Shown: one piece after another, positions 38,761 to 47,147 of the stretch
Position numbering within the stretch: the first letter of the stretch is position 1
How the letters are laid out: each line of letters starts with the position of its first letter
Source: a bacterium
Lineage (GTDB): Bacteria; Patescibacteriota; Minisyncoccia; UBA6257; GWB1-50-10
Assembly (NCBI GenBank): GCA_021801565.1
Contig: JAJYXV010000015.1
Coordinates: 23,839 to 87,838, forward strand
DNA length: 64,000 bases
Direction: 5' to 3'
Notes under the pieces: generated by a model
The model's database searches: none
What the model was told of the DNA's origin: nothing
What the model saw: the letters and a program-made list of their open reading frames with translations, nothing else
Translations under genes and position numbers: made by a program

Positions 38761-39567
38761 ATGAGGAAGATAGCCTTTCTTGGTATTTTAATCATCATAA
38801 TAAGTATCTCTCTCCCATATATCGCTTCTGCGAGAACGTTATTTTACATTTGGGAAGGGACAACGTGCACACCGGGAACAGAGGGCCCGACAGAACCTTG
38901 TGGACTTTGTGATGCGCTTGTTGTCGGACGGAACATCATTGAAGACATGTTTAAGGTTGCATTTATACTTGCAACTGTTTTTATTGCCTATGGCGGATTC
39001 AGACTTATGACCGCGGGGGGGAATGAAAAAAGCGTGAGCAGCGCAAAGGAAATTATCGAAAGCGCTCTCATCGGCCTCTTTATCGCGCTCGTAGCTTGGC
39101 TTTTAATCAATACCATTCTCACGACACTTGCCAATGGGAGTGCAAGTGCTCCGTGGAACAACATTGAATGTGGAAGCGGATCTACTTCTGGTCCGCGGGA
39201 AACAATAGGAGGGGGTGGATTTGGAACAAGTACATATACTGGTGGGGGTGGACAGTTCGGTGGGGCTGGTGCAAACGGAAGTTGGACAAATAACAATGCA
39301 AACAATGGATCAACGCAAACACAAATAGATCAAGTTATTAACTCTTCATGCGCACAACAAGCAAGTACGTGCATCGATGAAAATAAAAAAGGATCAAGCG
39401 AAAATCCACAATTGAATATCACGCTTGAGGCCGCATACACGATTTCCTGTACAAAAATTGGCACTGGGTACAATGCGAGCGTGCAATTTAAATGTCTCAC
39501 CCCTGTTATTTCTCCATGGAGAAAATGTGCCGATGGACTCCCAGACCTCACAAAAATCTGTAAATAA
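38761..39567 (+). CDS. TrbC/VirB2-like pilin domain protein with Gly-rich and Cys-rich C-terminal extension
   Basis: Signal peptide, then the pilin core AFILATVFIAYGGFRLMTAGGNEKSVSSAKEIIESALIGLFIALVAWLLINTIL, then GGGGFGTSTYTGGGGQFGG and a 10-Cys tail. Confidence 0.65.
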   Translation: MRKIAFLGILIIIISISLPYIASARTLFYIWEGTTCTPGTEGPTEPCGLCDALVVGRNIIEDMFKVAFILATVFIAYGGFRLMTAGGNEKSVSSAKEIIESALIGLFIALVAWLLINTILTTLANGSASAPWNNIECGSGSTSGPRETIGGGGFGTSTYTGGGGQFGGAGANGSWTNNNANNGSTQTQIDQVINSSCAQQASTCIDENKKGSSENPQLNITLEAAYTISCTKIGTGYNASVQFKCLTPVISPWRKCADGLPDLTKICK

Positions 39568-39610
39568 ATGTTTATTCTTACAAAATATGTTTTCGTGTTA
39601 AAATAATATT

Positions 39611-39949
39611 ATGGAAAAAATAAAAAATGTTTCGGTCCTGTTTTTCTCTTCTTTGTTATTTTTCGGTGCAAAAATCTCCCACGCAGCAACGATTGGCCTT
39701 CAAAATCCATTGAAGGTAAGTTCAATTCCTGATCTTATTTACGCAGTCATTGATTGGTTTGTAATTGCCGTCGGTCCCGCAATTGCCGTTGTTATGATTA
39801 TTTACGGCGGGTTTCAAATACTTACCGCCGGAGGAGATCCGAAAAAATTTGAGACAGGAAAACAAATAATCCTTTATGCGGTGGTTGGGTATGGTATAAT
39901 TCTTCTTGCAGAAGGAGTGGTGTTAATTATTCAAAAACTTCTTCAGTAA
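39611..39949 (+). CDS. TrbC/VirB2-like pilin paralogue
   Basis: Signal peptide plus VIAVGPAIAVVMIIYGGFQILTAGGDPKKFETGKQIILYAVVGYGIILLAEGVVLII. Confidence 0.7.
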   Translation: MEKIKNVSVLFFSSLLFFGAKISHAATIGLQNPLKVSSIPDLIYAVIDWFVIAVGPAIAVVMIIYGGFQILTAGGDPKKFETGKQIILYAVVGYGIILLAEGVVLIIQKLLQ

Positions 39950-40005
39950 GAGATAAGAAAGGTCGATTTTTTATCTAAAACAGTCGTAAAAATTATTTAT
40001 TTATT

Positions 40006-40359
40006 ATGAAATCAATCTTAAAAAAGTGGGGGTTAGTCTCAGCTCTTTCATTGGTTCTTTTGGCTCCAGTTGCGTCAGCCCAATTCGATGTCCCCGGCGA
40101 ACAATTGCCGGCGCCTCGGTTCCAAACATATGGCGGTGCGATACAATTGGTGGAAAAGGCGTCAAGTTGGCTTCTTTATATTGTTATTGCGCTTGCGGTT
40201 ATCTTTATTGTATACGCCGGATTTTTATATCTTACCTCGGGTGGAGATGAGGATAAAACAAAAGCGGCAAAGAACTATATTGTGTATGCAGTGATTGGTA
40301 TCGCAATTGCACTTCTTGCGCGCGGCATTGTACTTCTCGTAAAGAATTTCGTCGGATAA
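40006..40359 (+). CDS. TrbC/VirB2-like pilin paralogue
   Basis: WLLYIVIALAVIFIVYAGFLYLTSGGDEDKTKAAKNYIVYAVIGIAIALLARGIVLLV. Confidence 0.7.
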   Translation: MKSILKKWGLVSALSLVLLAPVASAQFDVPGEQLPAPRFQTYGGAIQLVEKASSWLLYIVIALAVIFIVYAGFLYLTSGGDEDKTKAAKNYIVYAVIGIAIALLARGIVLLVKNFVG

Positions 40360-40365
40360 TACGGT

Positions 40366-40731
40366 TTGTATTCCATGAAAAAAACTACTTGGACAATTCT
40401 TTCATTATTTCTTGCCTCAATTCCAGTGCTTATACACGGACAAACCCCGTCATTATTGGATGCTCCACCCGGATCTATAGTAACAAACAACGGTGCTGAG
40501 GGCGCAATGACACTTCTCCGAAAGGCTGGTGGGTGGTTATACAGCGGCGTAATAGCAATATCGGTAATACTTATGATTTATGGGGGTTTTCTTTATGTAA
40601 CCTCTGGGGGAGATGAAGATAAGGTAAAGAATGGAAAAAATTACATCATTTACGGGGTTGTTGGTATTGCTGTCGCAACACTTGCCACTGGAGTTGTATT
40701 CGTTGTAGGAGAATTCTTGGGGGCAAAATAA
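40366..40731 (+). CDS. TrbC/VirB2-like pilin paralogue
   Basis: WLYSGVIAISVILMIYGGFLYVTSGGDEDKVKNGKNYIIYGVVGIAVATLATGVVFVV. Confidence 0.7.
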   Translation: MYSMKKTTWTILSLFLASIPVLIHGQTPSLLDAPPGSIVTNNGAEGAMTLLRKAGGWLYSGVIAISVILMIYGGFLYVTSGGDEDKVKNGKNYIIYGVVGIAVATLATGVVFVVGEFLGAK

Positions 40732-40740
40732 GAAATTCCT

Positions 40741-41070
40741 ATGAAAAAATATTTTTACGCCATTATCGCTCTTGTATTTCCCTTTTTTGTTCATGCACAA
40801 ACACGACAACCAAAAACAAGTATTACAACGCCGGAAAAGGTAATTGAACTTATCAATAAGTTTGGTGGATGGTTTTATAGTGCACTCTTAGCACTTGCGG
40901 TCATCTTCATTATTTATGCCGCATTTAGATTTTTGACTGCTAGTGGAGATGAAAAAAAAGTAGAAGAGGCAAAACAACAATTAATCTACGCCATTATCGC
41001 TCTTGCGGTTGCAATGCTTGCGACGGGGATTGTTACAGTGATGAAACAATTTCTTGGTGTAACCAATTAA
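40741..41070 (+). CDS. TrbC/VirB2-like pilin paralogue
   Basis: WFYSALLALAVIFIIYAAFRFLTASGDEKKVEEAKQQLIYAIIALAVAMLATGIVTVM. Confidence 0.7.
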   Translation: MKKYFYAIIALVFPFFVHAQTRQPKTSITTPEKVIELINKFGGWFYSALLALAVIFIIYAAFRFLTASGDEKKVEEAKQQLIYAIIALAVAMLATGIVTVMKQFLGVTN

Positions 41071-41090
41071 CACTTGAGATATATAAAAAC

Positions 41091-41126
41091 AAAAATCTCC
41101 GCAGAAAACGGAGATTTTTGTTTTTA
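41091..41126 (+). terminator. Rho-independent terminator after pilin array
   Basis: aaaaatctccgcagaaaacggagatttttgtttttat. Confidence 0.8.
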
Positions 41127-41160
41127 TAAAATACCCATGTTATTATCACAAAATAAGATT

Positions 41161-41277
41161 GCCGAGGTGGTCTCGCCGCCGTTCGGGCGGGATAAACTCT
41201 GTTGGCTAATCATGCCCTCGTGGCGGAACTGATATACCCCGCTCGAAACACTTCGTGTTCATACAGGACAAGCGCGC
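41161..41277. other. GC-rich structured segment beginning GCCGAGGTGG (tRNA-Leu 5'-end-like); possible ncRNA or tRNA remnant
   Basis: Contains hairpins CCGCC-gttcg-GGCGG and GAAACAC-ttc-GTGTTC. No complete cloverleaf was found by eye. Confidence 0.25.
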
Positions 41278-41296
41278 AAAATTTAAAACTAAAAAA

Positions 41297-41383
41297 GCTG
41301 AGGTGGCGAAATTGGCAGACGCGCAAGGCTTAGGACCTTGTGAGGGCAACCTCTTGGGAGTTCAAGTCTCCCCCTCAGCACCA
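41297..41383 (+). tRNA. tRNA-Leu (anticodon TAG), CCA-encoded
   Basis: GCTGAGG...CAAGG CTTAGGA CCTTG with a long variable arm (GAGGGCAACCTCTT), the T-arm GGGAGTTCAAGTCTCCC and an encoded CCTCAGCACCA end. Confidence 0.9.
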
Positions 41384-41539
41384 AACAACAAAGTTCATGG
41401 TTCAAAATTTACTCCACATACGAAGGTTGTGCGGGGCCTCTCGAGCCTGCCCGCCGGTGGGTGGGGGCACTATGAAATTCCATCTTTGGTGAAATTCTTT
41501 CTCTAATCCCCACACCCTAACCCCTAATTATCTAACCAT

Positions 41540-42448
41540 CTATTTCTTCTTCCTTCTTATCCCGTGAAATGCTTCATGTACCTCTCGAAGCTCTTTATTT
41601 GTGAGGTGTGTGTAGATTTGTGTTGTTGAAACATTCGCGTGACCTAAAAGTGACTGCACCGAACGAAGATCTGCACCATTAATAAGAAGGTCTGTTGCAA
41701 AACTATGACGTAATTGATGCGGGTGTACTTTCTTCGGAATCCCTGCCGCACGCGCATATCGATCAATAAGGCGCTCCACCGAGCGTGGGGTTATTCTTCC
41801 CAGCGTCTTTCCGGATTTACTTAAACCTACAAATAAAAATTCTTCTGGATCTGTTCTCTTTTTTAAATATTCTTTAATCGCTTTTTTTGCTCCATCAGAA
41901 AGAAATACGATGCGTAACTTGTCCCCCTTTCCTCGCACAGAAATTTCTCCTCGTTCAAGATCAATATACCGCGGGAGGGTGCACAATTCGGAAAGACGAA
42001 GTCCGGTTGAAAAAAACGTTTCAAGTATTGCGCGATCACGAACCGAACGGAGATCGTCTCCTTTTGGAGATTTCAGTAGTCGCTCGAGCTCTCCATAATC
42101 AAGCACTTCAATATCGCGTCGTGAAACTCTTGGAAGTTCGATTGCATCGGGAGAGAGAATATTATATCCGCGTTTTATCAGATATTTCAAAAAATTCCTG
42201 ATTGCAATCACATAATAACTCTGTGTATTCCTTTTTATGTTCTTGCGCGCAAGCATTACACGAAACGATCTCACACGCTCTTCTGTAATATCTTTAATTG
42301 AGTTGGTTTTTGTGTAATCAAAAAATAATTTGAGATATCGTTCATAGTTTTCCCTCGTTTTTGACGAACGATTTTTTTCTATTTCCAAATAATCTAAATA
42401 TTCCCGAAAGTGGCGCTCTATATCATTCATACCCCTTTTTACCAACAT
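41540..42448 (-). CDS. xerC: XerC/XerD-type tyrosine site-specific recombinase
   Basis: N-terminal SAM-like domain (IERHFREYLDYLEIEKNRSSKTRENYERYL). The catalytic R...HxxR...Y motifs are HQLRHSFATDLL and GHANVSTTQIYTH. Confidence 0.8.
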   Translation of the reverse strand: MLVKRGMNDIERHFREYLDYLEIEKNRSSKTRENYERYLKLFFDYTKTNSIKDITEERVRSFRVMLARKNIKRNTQSYYVIAIRNFLKYLIKRGYNILSPDAIELPRVSRRDIEVLDYGELERLLKSPKGDDLRSVRDRAILETFFSTGLRLSELCTLPRYIDLERGEISVRGKGDKLRIVFLSDGAKKAIKEYLKKRTDPEEFLFVGLSKSGKTLGRITPRSVERLIDRYARAAGIPKKVHPHQLRHSFATDLLINGADLRSVQSLLGHANVSTTQIYTHLTNKELREVHEAFHGIRRKKK

Positions 42449-42540
42449 ATTGTATCACTCCTGTCGCAAAATATTAACTTCATATATAAATATTTACATG
42501 GAATTGACCACTCTCCTTTTTTGCGGTACAATCCGTTTGT

Positions 42541-42807
42541 ATGCTTTCAAAACAAAAAAAACAGGCAGCGACACGGGATTATAGGCGCCATGAAAAAGAT
42601 ACTGGATCTGCAGAATACCAAGTCGCTCTCTTAACCCGCCAAATAAAGGCGCTCACTGACCACTTGAAAAAGCATTCGAAAGATCACCACTCTCGGAGAG
42701 GATTGCTTATGATGGTGGGAAAGCGAAGGAGATTTCTCCAATTTCTCCAGAAGAGCGACGAGAAAAAGTATAATAGTCTCGTCAAAAAATTAAAACTTGA
42801 GGCTTAA
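42541..42807 (+). CDS. rpsO: 30S ribosomal protein S15
   Basis: TGSAEYQVALLTRQIKALTDHLKKHSKDHHSRRGLLMMVGKRRRFLQFL. Confidence 0.9.
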   Translation: MLSKQKKQAATRDYRRHEKDTGSAEYQVALLTRQIKALTDHLKKHSKDHHSRRGLLMMVGKRRRFLQFLQKSDEKKYNSLVKKLKLEA

Positions 42808-42881
42808 TTTTTCTTTTTGGAGATATTTCCTCTGCGCAATCTTTAAACATGCGCTTCCTGTAAAAGTACAACGCGAACGAT

Positions 42882-43427
42882 ATGCATCAAAACCAACGAA
42901 TCGGAATTTTTGTTGATGTACAGAACATCTACCACTCGGCGAAGAATCTTTATCACGCTCGGGTAAATTTTGAACAACTCATAAAAACCATTGCTGACGA
43001 TCGTATAATTATCCGATCGGTTGCATATGTAGTAAAAAGCGAAGGAGTCCAAGGATATGAGGGAGAATCTCGTGAAGAGCCGTTTTTTGAAGCACTGAAA
43101 AAATCAGGGCTTGAACTTCGTATGAAGGATTTACAAATTTACCATGGGGGGGCAAAAAAAGCCGATTGGGATGTTGGAATGGCGGTTGATGCAATACGAA
43201 TGGCAAACTCGCTTGATGTTGTAATATTGGTAACCGGAGACGGTGATTTTATCCCTCTTGTTGAATATCTAAAATGGGGAACCGGAAAACAAGTTGAGAT
43301 TGCAGCGTTTTCGCGAACCACATCAGGAAAATTAAAAGAAGTGGCCGATCGTTTTATCGAACTTGAATCAATACCAAAAATACTTTTGAAAATAAGGAAG
43401 TCGCAAACAAAAAAATATAATAAATAA
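42882..43427 (+). CDS. NYN/LabA-like (PIN-fold) domain protein
   Basis: IGIFVDVQNIYHSA ... VVILVTGDGDFIPLV. Confidence 0.7.
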   Translation: MHQNQRIGIFVDVQNIYHSAKNLYHARVNFEQLIKTIADDRIIIRSVAYVVKSEGVQGYEGESREEPFFEALKKSGLELRMKDLQIYHGGAKKADWDVGMAVDAIRMANSLDVVILVTGDGDFIPLVEYLKWGTGKQVEIAAFSRTTSGKLKEVADRFIELESIPKILLKIRKSQTKKYNK

Positions 43428-43432
43428 AACAT

Positions 43433-45487
43433 ATGGAATTACATAAAAAAACGTTTACCACTGAACTAAATAAGGAGCCTATTACTATTGAGGTATCAGA
43501 TCTTGCTGGACAAGCAAATGCAGCGGTGATTGGGCGGCATGGAAATACAGCGGTGCTCGCAACTGTTGTAATGAGCAAGGAAGATCGAATGGGGGATTTT
43601 TTTCCTCTTACTGTCGACTATGAGGAGCGTTTTTATGCGGCGGGAAAAATTATAGGAAGTAGATTTGTCCGAAGAGAGGGAAGGGCGTCCGATGAAGCAA
43701 TCCTTTCTAGTCGTCTTATCGACAGAACTGTGCGCCCGCTTTTTGATGCGCGATTAAGGCGAGAGGTACAAATTGTAGTTACAGTCCTTTCATACGATGA
43801 AAAAAATGATCCAGATGTGATTGGACTTCTCTCGGCGTCAACCGCGCTTGCAATTTCCGATATCCCATGGAACGGACCAATTGCGGGGGTTCAAATAGTA
43901 AAGAAGAATGACAAAGGAGAAGAATACCGATCATTTTTTGCGGGACCAGAAGCATATGTAAATATGATTGAGTTTGAAGGAAAAGAAATACAAGAAAGCG
44001 CTGCTCTTGAAGCGTTTTCCACCGCACATGAAAAAATAAAACAACTTATTACATTTCAAAAAAAGATAGTGAGTGAAATTGGAAAGAAAAAAGCCGATGT
44101 TATGCTTAAAAAACCAGATGAGGAAATTGAGGGATTGGTTAAAAAATTTATTGAAGGAAAAATTGGTCCAGCACTTTGTAACAAAACATTTAGCGAGCTT
44201 AAAAATGACTTATTCAAACATCTCGCTTCACTTGAAAAAACCGGCGATACATTAAAAGATGTAGAACAAATACTTGAAACGGAAACCGACAAATTTGTAC
44301 ATGAAGAAATATTAAAACACGATCGCCGCGTTGACGGGAGAAAACTTAACGAAATCCGTCCACTTTATGGAGAAGTGGGACTTTTGGAACTTACCCATGG
44401 GTCTGGGCTTTTTGTTCGCGGACAAACACAAGTACTTGCGGTAACCACACTTGCTTCTTCGTCTGCCGAGCAATTGGTTGAAACAATGGAATCAACAACT
44501 AAAAAGAGTTTTATGCTCCACTATAATTTTCCGAGTTTTTCAACAGGAGAAGTTGGAAGATCATCGCGCGGGCCAGGGAGGAGAGAAATTGGACATGGAG
44601 CACTTGCAGCAAAAGCACTTCGCGCGCTTATTCCCACAAAAGAAGAATTTCCGTATACAATTCGCATTGTTGCTGAAACACTTTCGTCAAACGGATCATC
44701 ATCTATGGCATCAACATGTGCCGGATGTCTTTCTCTTATGGATGCGGGTGTGCCTATTAAAAAACATATCGGGGGTGTTGCGATGGGGCTTATGACAAGT
44801 GAAGATGGAAAAGAATATAAAATTTTAACCGACATACAAGGACCAGAAGATCATTATGGGGATATGGATTTCAAGGTTGCGGGAACAAAAGATGGAATTA
44901 CCGCAATTCAAATGGATGTAAAAATTAATGGAATTACCGCAGAAATATTCGAGCGTGCACTCACCCAAGCAAAAGAGGGACGGCTTTCTATTATTGGGGT
45001 AATGGAAAAAGTGATCCCCGCGGCAAGACAAAATGTTTCAAAATATGCACCAAAGATTATGTCGCTTATGATTCCGCAAGATCGCATCGGAGAACTTATT
45101 GGGCCTGGGGGGAAAAATATAAATGGAATTGTTGCCGCAAGTGAAAATAAAATCACTGTTGATATCGAAGAAACCGGGAAGGTATATGTCGCGGGGGTAG
45201 ATATTACACTTGTAGAACGCGCCTATAACACTATTAAGGCGTCAATGAGGGAGTTCTCGATTGGGGAAATCGTTACTGGTCCCATTGTTCGAATTCTTGA
45301 ATTCGGAGCGATTGTTGATCTTGGGGGTGGACAAGATGGAATGATACATGTTTCGGAACTAAAAGAGGGATTTGTGAAAAAAGTGGAAGATGTGGTCCAT
45401 ATAGGAGACGTGGTAAAAGCAAAAATAATAAAAATAAACGAAGGAAAAATCGGACTTTCATTGAAGGGATTGGGAGATAAAAAATAA
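43433..45487 (+). CDS. pnp: polyribonucleotide nucleotidyltransferase (PNPase)
   Basis: Two RNase PH domains followed by KH and S1 domains (FSTGEVGRSSRGPGRREIGHGALAAKAL...GGKNINGIV...GEIVTGPIVRILEFGAIVDL). Confidence 0.9.
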   Translation: MELHKKTFTTELNKEPITIEVSDLAGQANAAVIGRHGNTAVLATVVMSKEDRMGDFFPLTVDYEERFYAAGKIIGSRFVRREGRASDEAILSSRLIDRTVRPLFDARLRREVQIVVTVLSYDEKNDPDVIGLLSASTALAISDIPWNGPIAGVQIVKKNDKGEEYRSFFAGPEAYVNMIEFEGKEIQESAALEAFSTAHEKIKQLITFQKKIVSEIGKKKADVMLKKPDEEIEGLVKKFIEGKIGPALCNKTFSELKNDLFKHLASLEKTGDTLKDVEQILETETDKFVHEEILKHDRRVDGRKLNEIRPLYGEVGLLELTHGSGLFVRGQTQVLAVTTLASSSAEQLVETMESTTKKSFMLHYNFPSFSTGEVGRSSRGPGRREIGHGALAAKALRALIPTKEEFPYTIRIVAETLSSNGSSSMASTCAGCLSLMDAGVPIKKHIGGVAMGLMTSEDGKEYKILTDIQGPEDHYGDMDFKVAGTKDGITAIQMDVKINGITAEIFERALTQAKEGRLSIIGVMEKVIPAARQNVSKYAPKIMSLMIPQDRIGELIGPGGKNINGIVAASENKITVDIEETGKVYVAGVDITLVERAYNTIKASMREFSIGEIVTGPIVRILEFGAIVDLGGGQDGMIHVSELKEGFVKKVEDVVHIGDVVKAKIIKINEGKIGLSLKGLGDKK

Positions 45488-45536
45488 GAGTTTCTTCAAG
45501 GTAAAAAACTTAAAAAGTAATAAAAGATTAATAACA

Positions 45537-45568
45537 AAAACCATCCGCCAGCTGGCGGATGGTTTTTG
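45537..45568 (+). terminator. Rho-independent terminator
   Basis: aaaaaccatccgccagctggcggatggttttt. Confidence 0.8.
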
Positions 45569-45624
45569 TGTTTTTATTGCCAAACCGGGTTTTCTATATC
45601 CCGCGCTATGATATAATAGATGCA

Positions 45625-46782
45625 ATGGACGAAAAAAATAATTTTGGCCAACAACAATGGCAGGTGTCCCAAAATCAAAACACGGACACCACAAGGTCGC
45701 AGTTTTTGGGAACCGGAGAAGGGGAAGTTCCTCTTGCGAAGATGCCATCAGATAAAATTGATGTTCGAACGATGGCTTCCGATGTTACGTCGATGCAAGA
45801 AACGGGAGGAGGAATGCCCAGGCCCTACACTCCGCAAACCCAAACTACAGCACCAAAAGAAACCACCGCGCGCCCCACACCAATATCGCCGTCTCAATCT
45901 CCAATTAATTTTGTTGATCAGATGGTGGGAGGAATAGGACAAGCCGGACAACAAACATCAACCACTCCACAACCAAAAAAAACAGGGGGTGGCCGAAGTC
46001 TCTTTGGAACGCTTCTTATCGTTATTATCGTCGTTGGACTTATTGTAATTGGATATTTCTTTGTGTATCCACAATTTATAAATACCGGAACGGAAAAAGA
46101 CCAGGGGGTCGCGACCACAACACCGCCAACGCTACCAGAAGAAACAGCAAATGTTCCGCCGATACCAGCACCTGAAACAGCAACAACATCACCAGTGGTT
46201 CCACCAACGGCGCCAGTTTCTACTGTTGAGGTACATGCTTCATTTTTCAAAACAAAAGCAGATCTCGTAGTTGATGCAAAACTTTCAGCATTTACACTTG
46301 AAGACCTAAAAAAGCCGATTGCTTTTGAAACGACGTCGGTGCCACTTTTCAAAGAAATAGTGTGGAAAACACAAGAAAACAAACCGCTTTCATTTTCGCA
46401 AATTGCTTCTCTTATTTTTCCCAATTTCTTCACCACGGAGAAAGTTGCAAATTTTGAAGATGATTTTACGTTATTCGCATATTCAAACACAAAAGGAACG
46501 TGGCTTGGATTTGTTGTAAAGTTAAAAGACGGGGTTGATATCGGAGCTATACAAAATAGTATGAGTACACTCCAAAAAGATATCGGCCTCAAAAATCTTT
46601 TTCTTTCCGACCCGGGAACAATGAATCCATGGAAAGACGGGAAAGTAAGAAATAAACCAACATCTCTCGCGCCATTTTCTCTGCAAGGAGCAACAATTAG
46701 CTACACATGGTTTGATCGATACCTTCTGGTAAGTTCAAATCTCGAAGCAGCAGAAGAAGCGGGAAAAAGACTCGGATATTAA
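45625..46782 (+). CDS. hypothetical membrane-anchored protein with Pro/Thr-rich linker
   Basis: Starts MDEKNNFGQ after the pnp terminator, has a single TM helix (LLIVIIVVGLIVIGYFFVY) and a TTTPPTLPEET... linker. The track start 45559 lies inside the terminator. Confidence 0.55.
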   Translation: MDEKNNFGQQQWQVSQNQNTDTTRSQFLGTGEGEVPLAKMPSDKIDVRTMASDVTSMQETGGGMPRPYTPQTQTTAPKETTARPTPISPSQSPINFVDQMVGGIGQAGQQTSTTPQPKKTGGGRSLFGTLLIVIIVVGLIVIGYFFVYPQFINTGTEKDQGVATTTPPTLPEETANVPPIPAPETATTSPVVPPTAPVSTVEVHASFFKTKADLVVDAKLSAFTLEDLKKPIAFETTSVPLFKEIVWKTQENKPLSFSQIASLIFPNFFTTEKVANFEDDFTLFAYSNTKGTWLGFVVKLKDGVDIGAIQNSMSTLQKDIGLKNLFLSDPGTMNPWKDGKVRNKPTSLAPFSLQGATISYTWFDRYLLVSSNLEAAEEAGKRLGY

Positions 46783-46791
46783 TTTCTTTAT

Positions 46792-47139
46792 ATGAATTTC
46801 TCTGAAACACAACTAGAACATTTTGCCACCCTCCTTCACGAAGAAAAAGACAAGGTGGATGAAGAATTATCTCAAGTGAAGGCGAGTTCGTCTGATTTTG
46901 GAAATGATATCGACGGATTTGATGAGGAGGCTGATGAATTTGAAGAAATTGGAAACACGCTCTCGGTAAAAGAAGCGCTTCAAGAAAGAAGAAATAGAAT
47001 AGAAAAAGCGCTTCAAAAAATAAAAGAGAGAAAATATGGAGTGTGTGAATCATGCGGAAAACAAATTGAGGAAAAATTACTTCTTATTGATCCAGAATCT
47101 GAGCTTTGCAAAGAATGTAAAATAAGCGGAAAGATATAA
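46792..47139 (+). CDS. DksA/TraR-family C4 zinc-finger protein
   Basis: Coiled-coil followed by CESCGKQIEEKLLLIDPESELCKECK. Confidence 0.8.
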   Translation: MNFSETQLEHFATLLHEEKDKVDEELSQVKASSSDFGNDIDGFDEEADEFEEIGNTLSVKEALQERRNRIEKALQKIKERKYGVCESCGKQIEEKLLLIDPESELCKECKISGKI

Positions 47140-47147
47140 CAAACTCC

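Noticed and set aside
41255-41506. 83-aa ORF covering tRNA-Leu
   Set aside because: It overlaps a high-confidence tRNA gene on the same strand and is therefore spurious.
41540-42448. Tyrosine recombinase next to tRNA-Leu as a prophage or island integrase
   Set aside because: The sequence is XerC/XerD-like throughout. The flanking genes (rpsO, pnp, a NYN protein) are core, and no attL/attR duplication of the tRNA 3' end was found.
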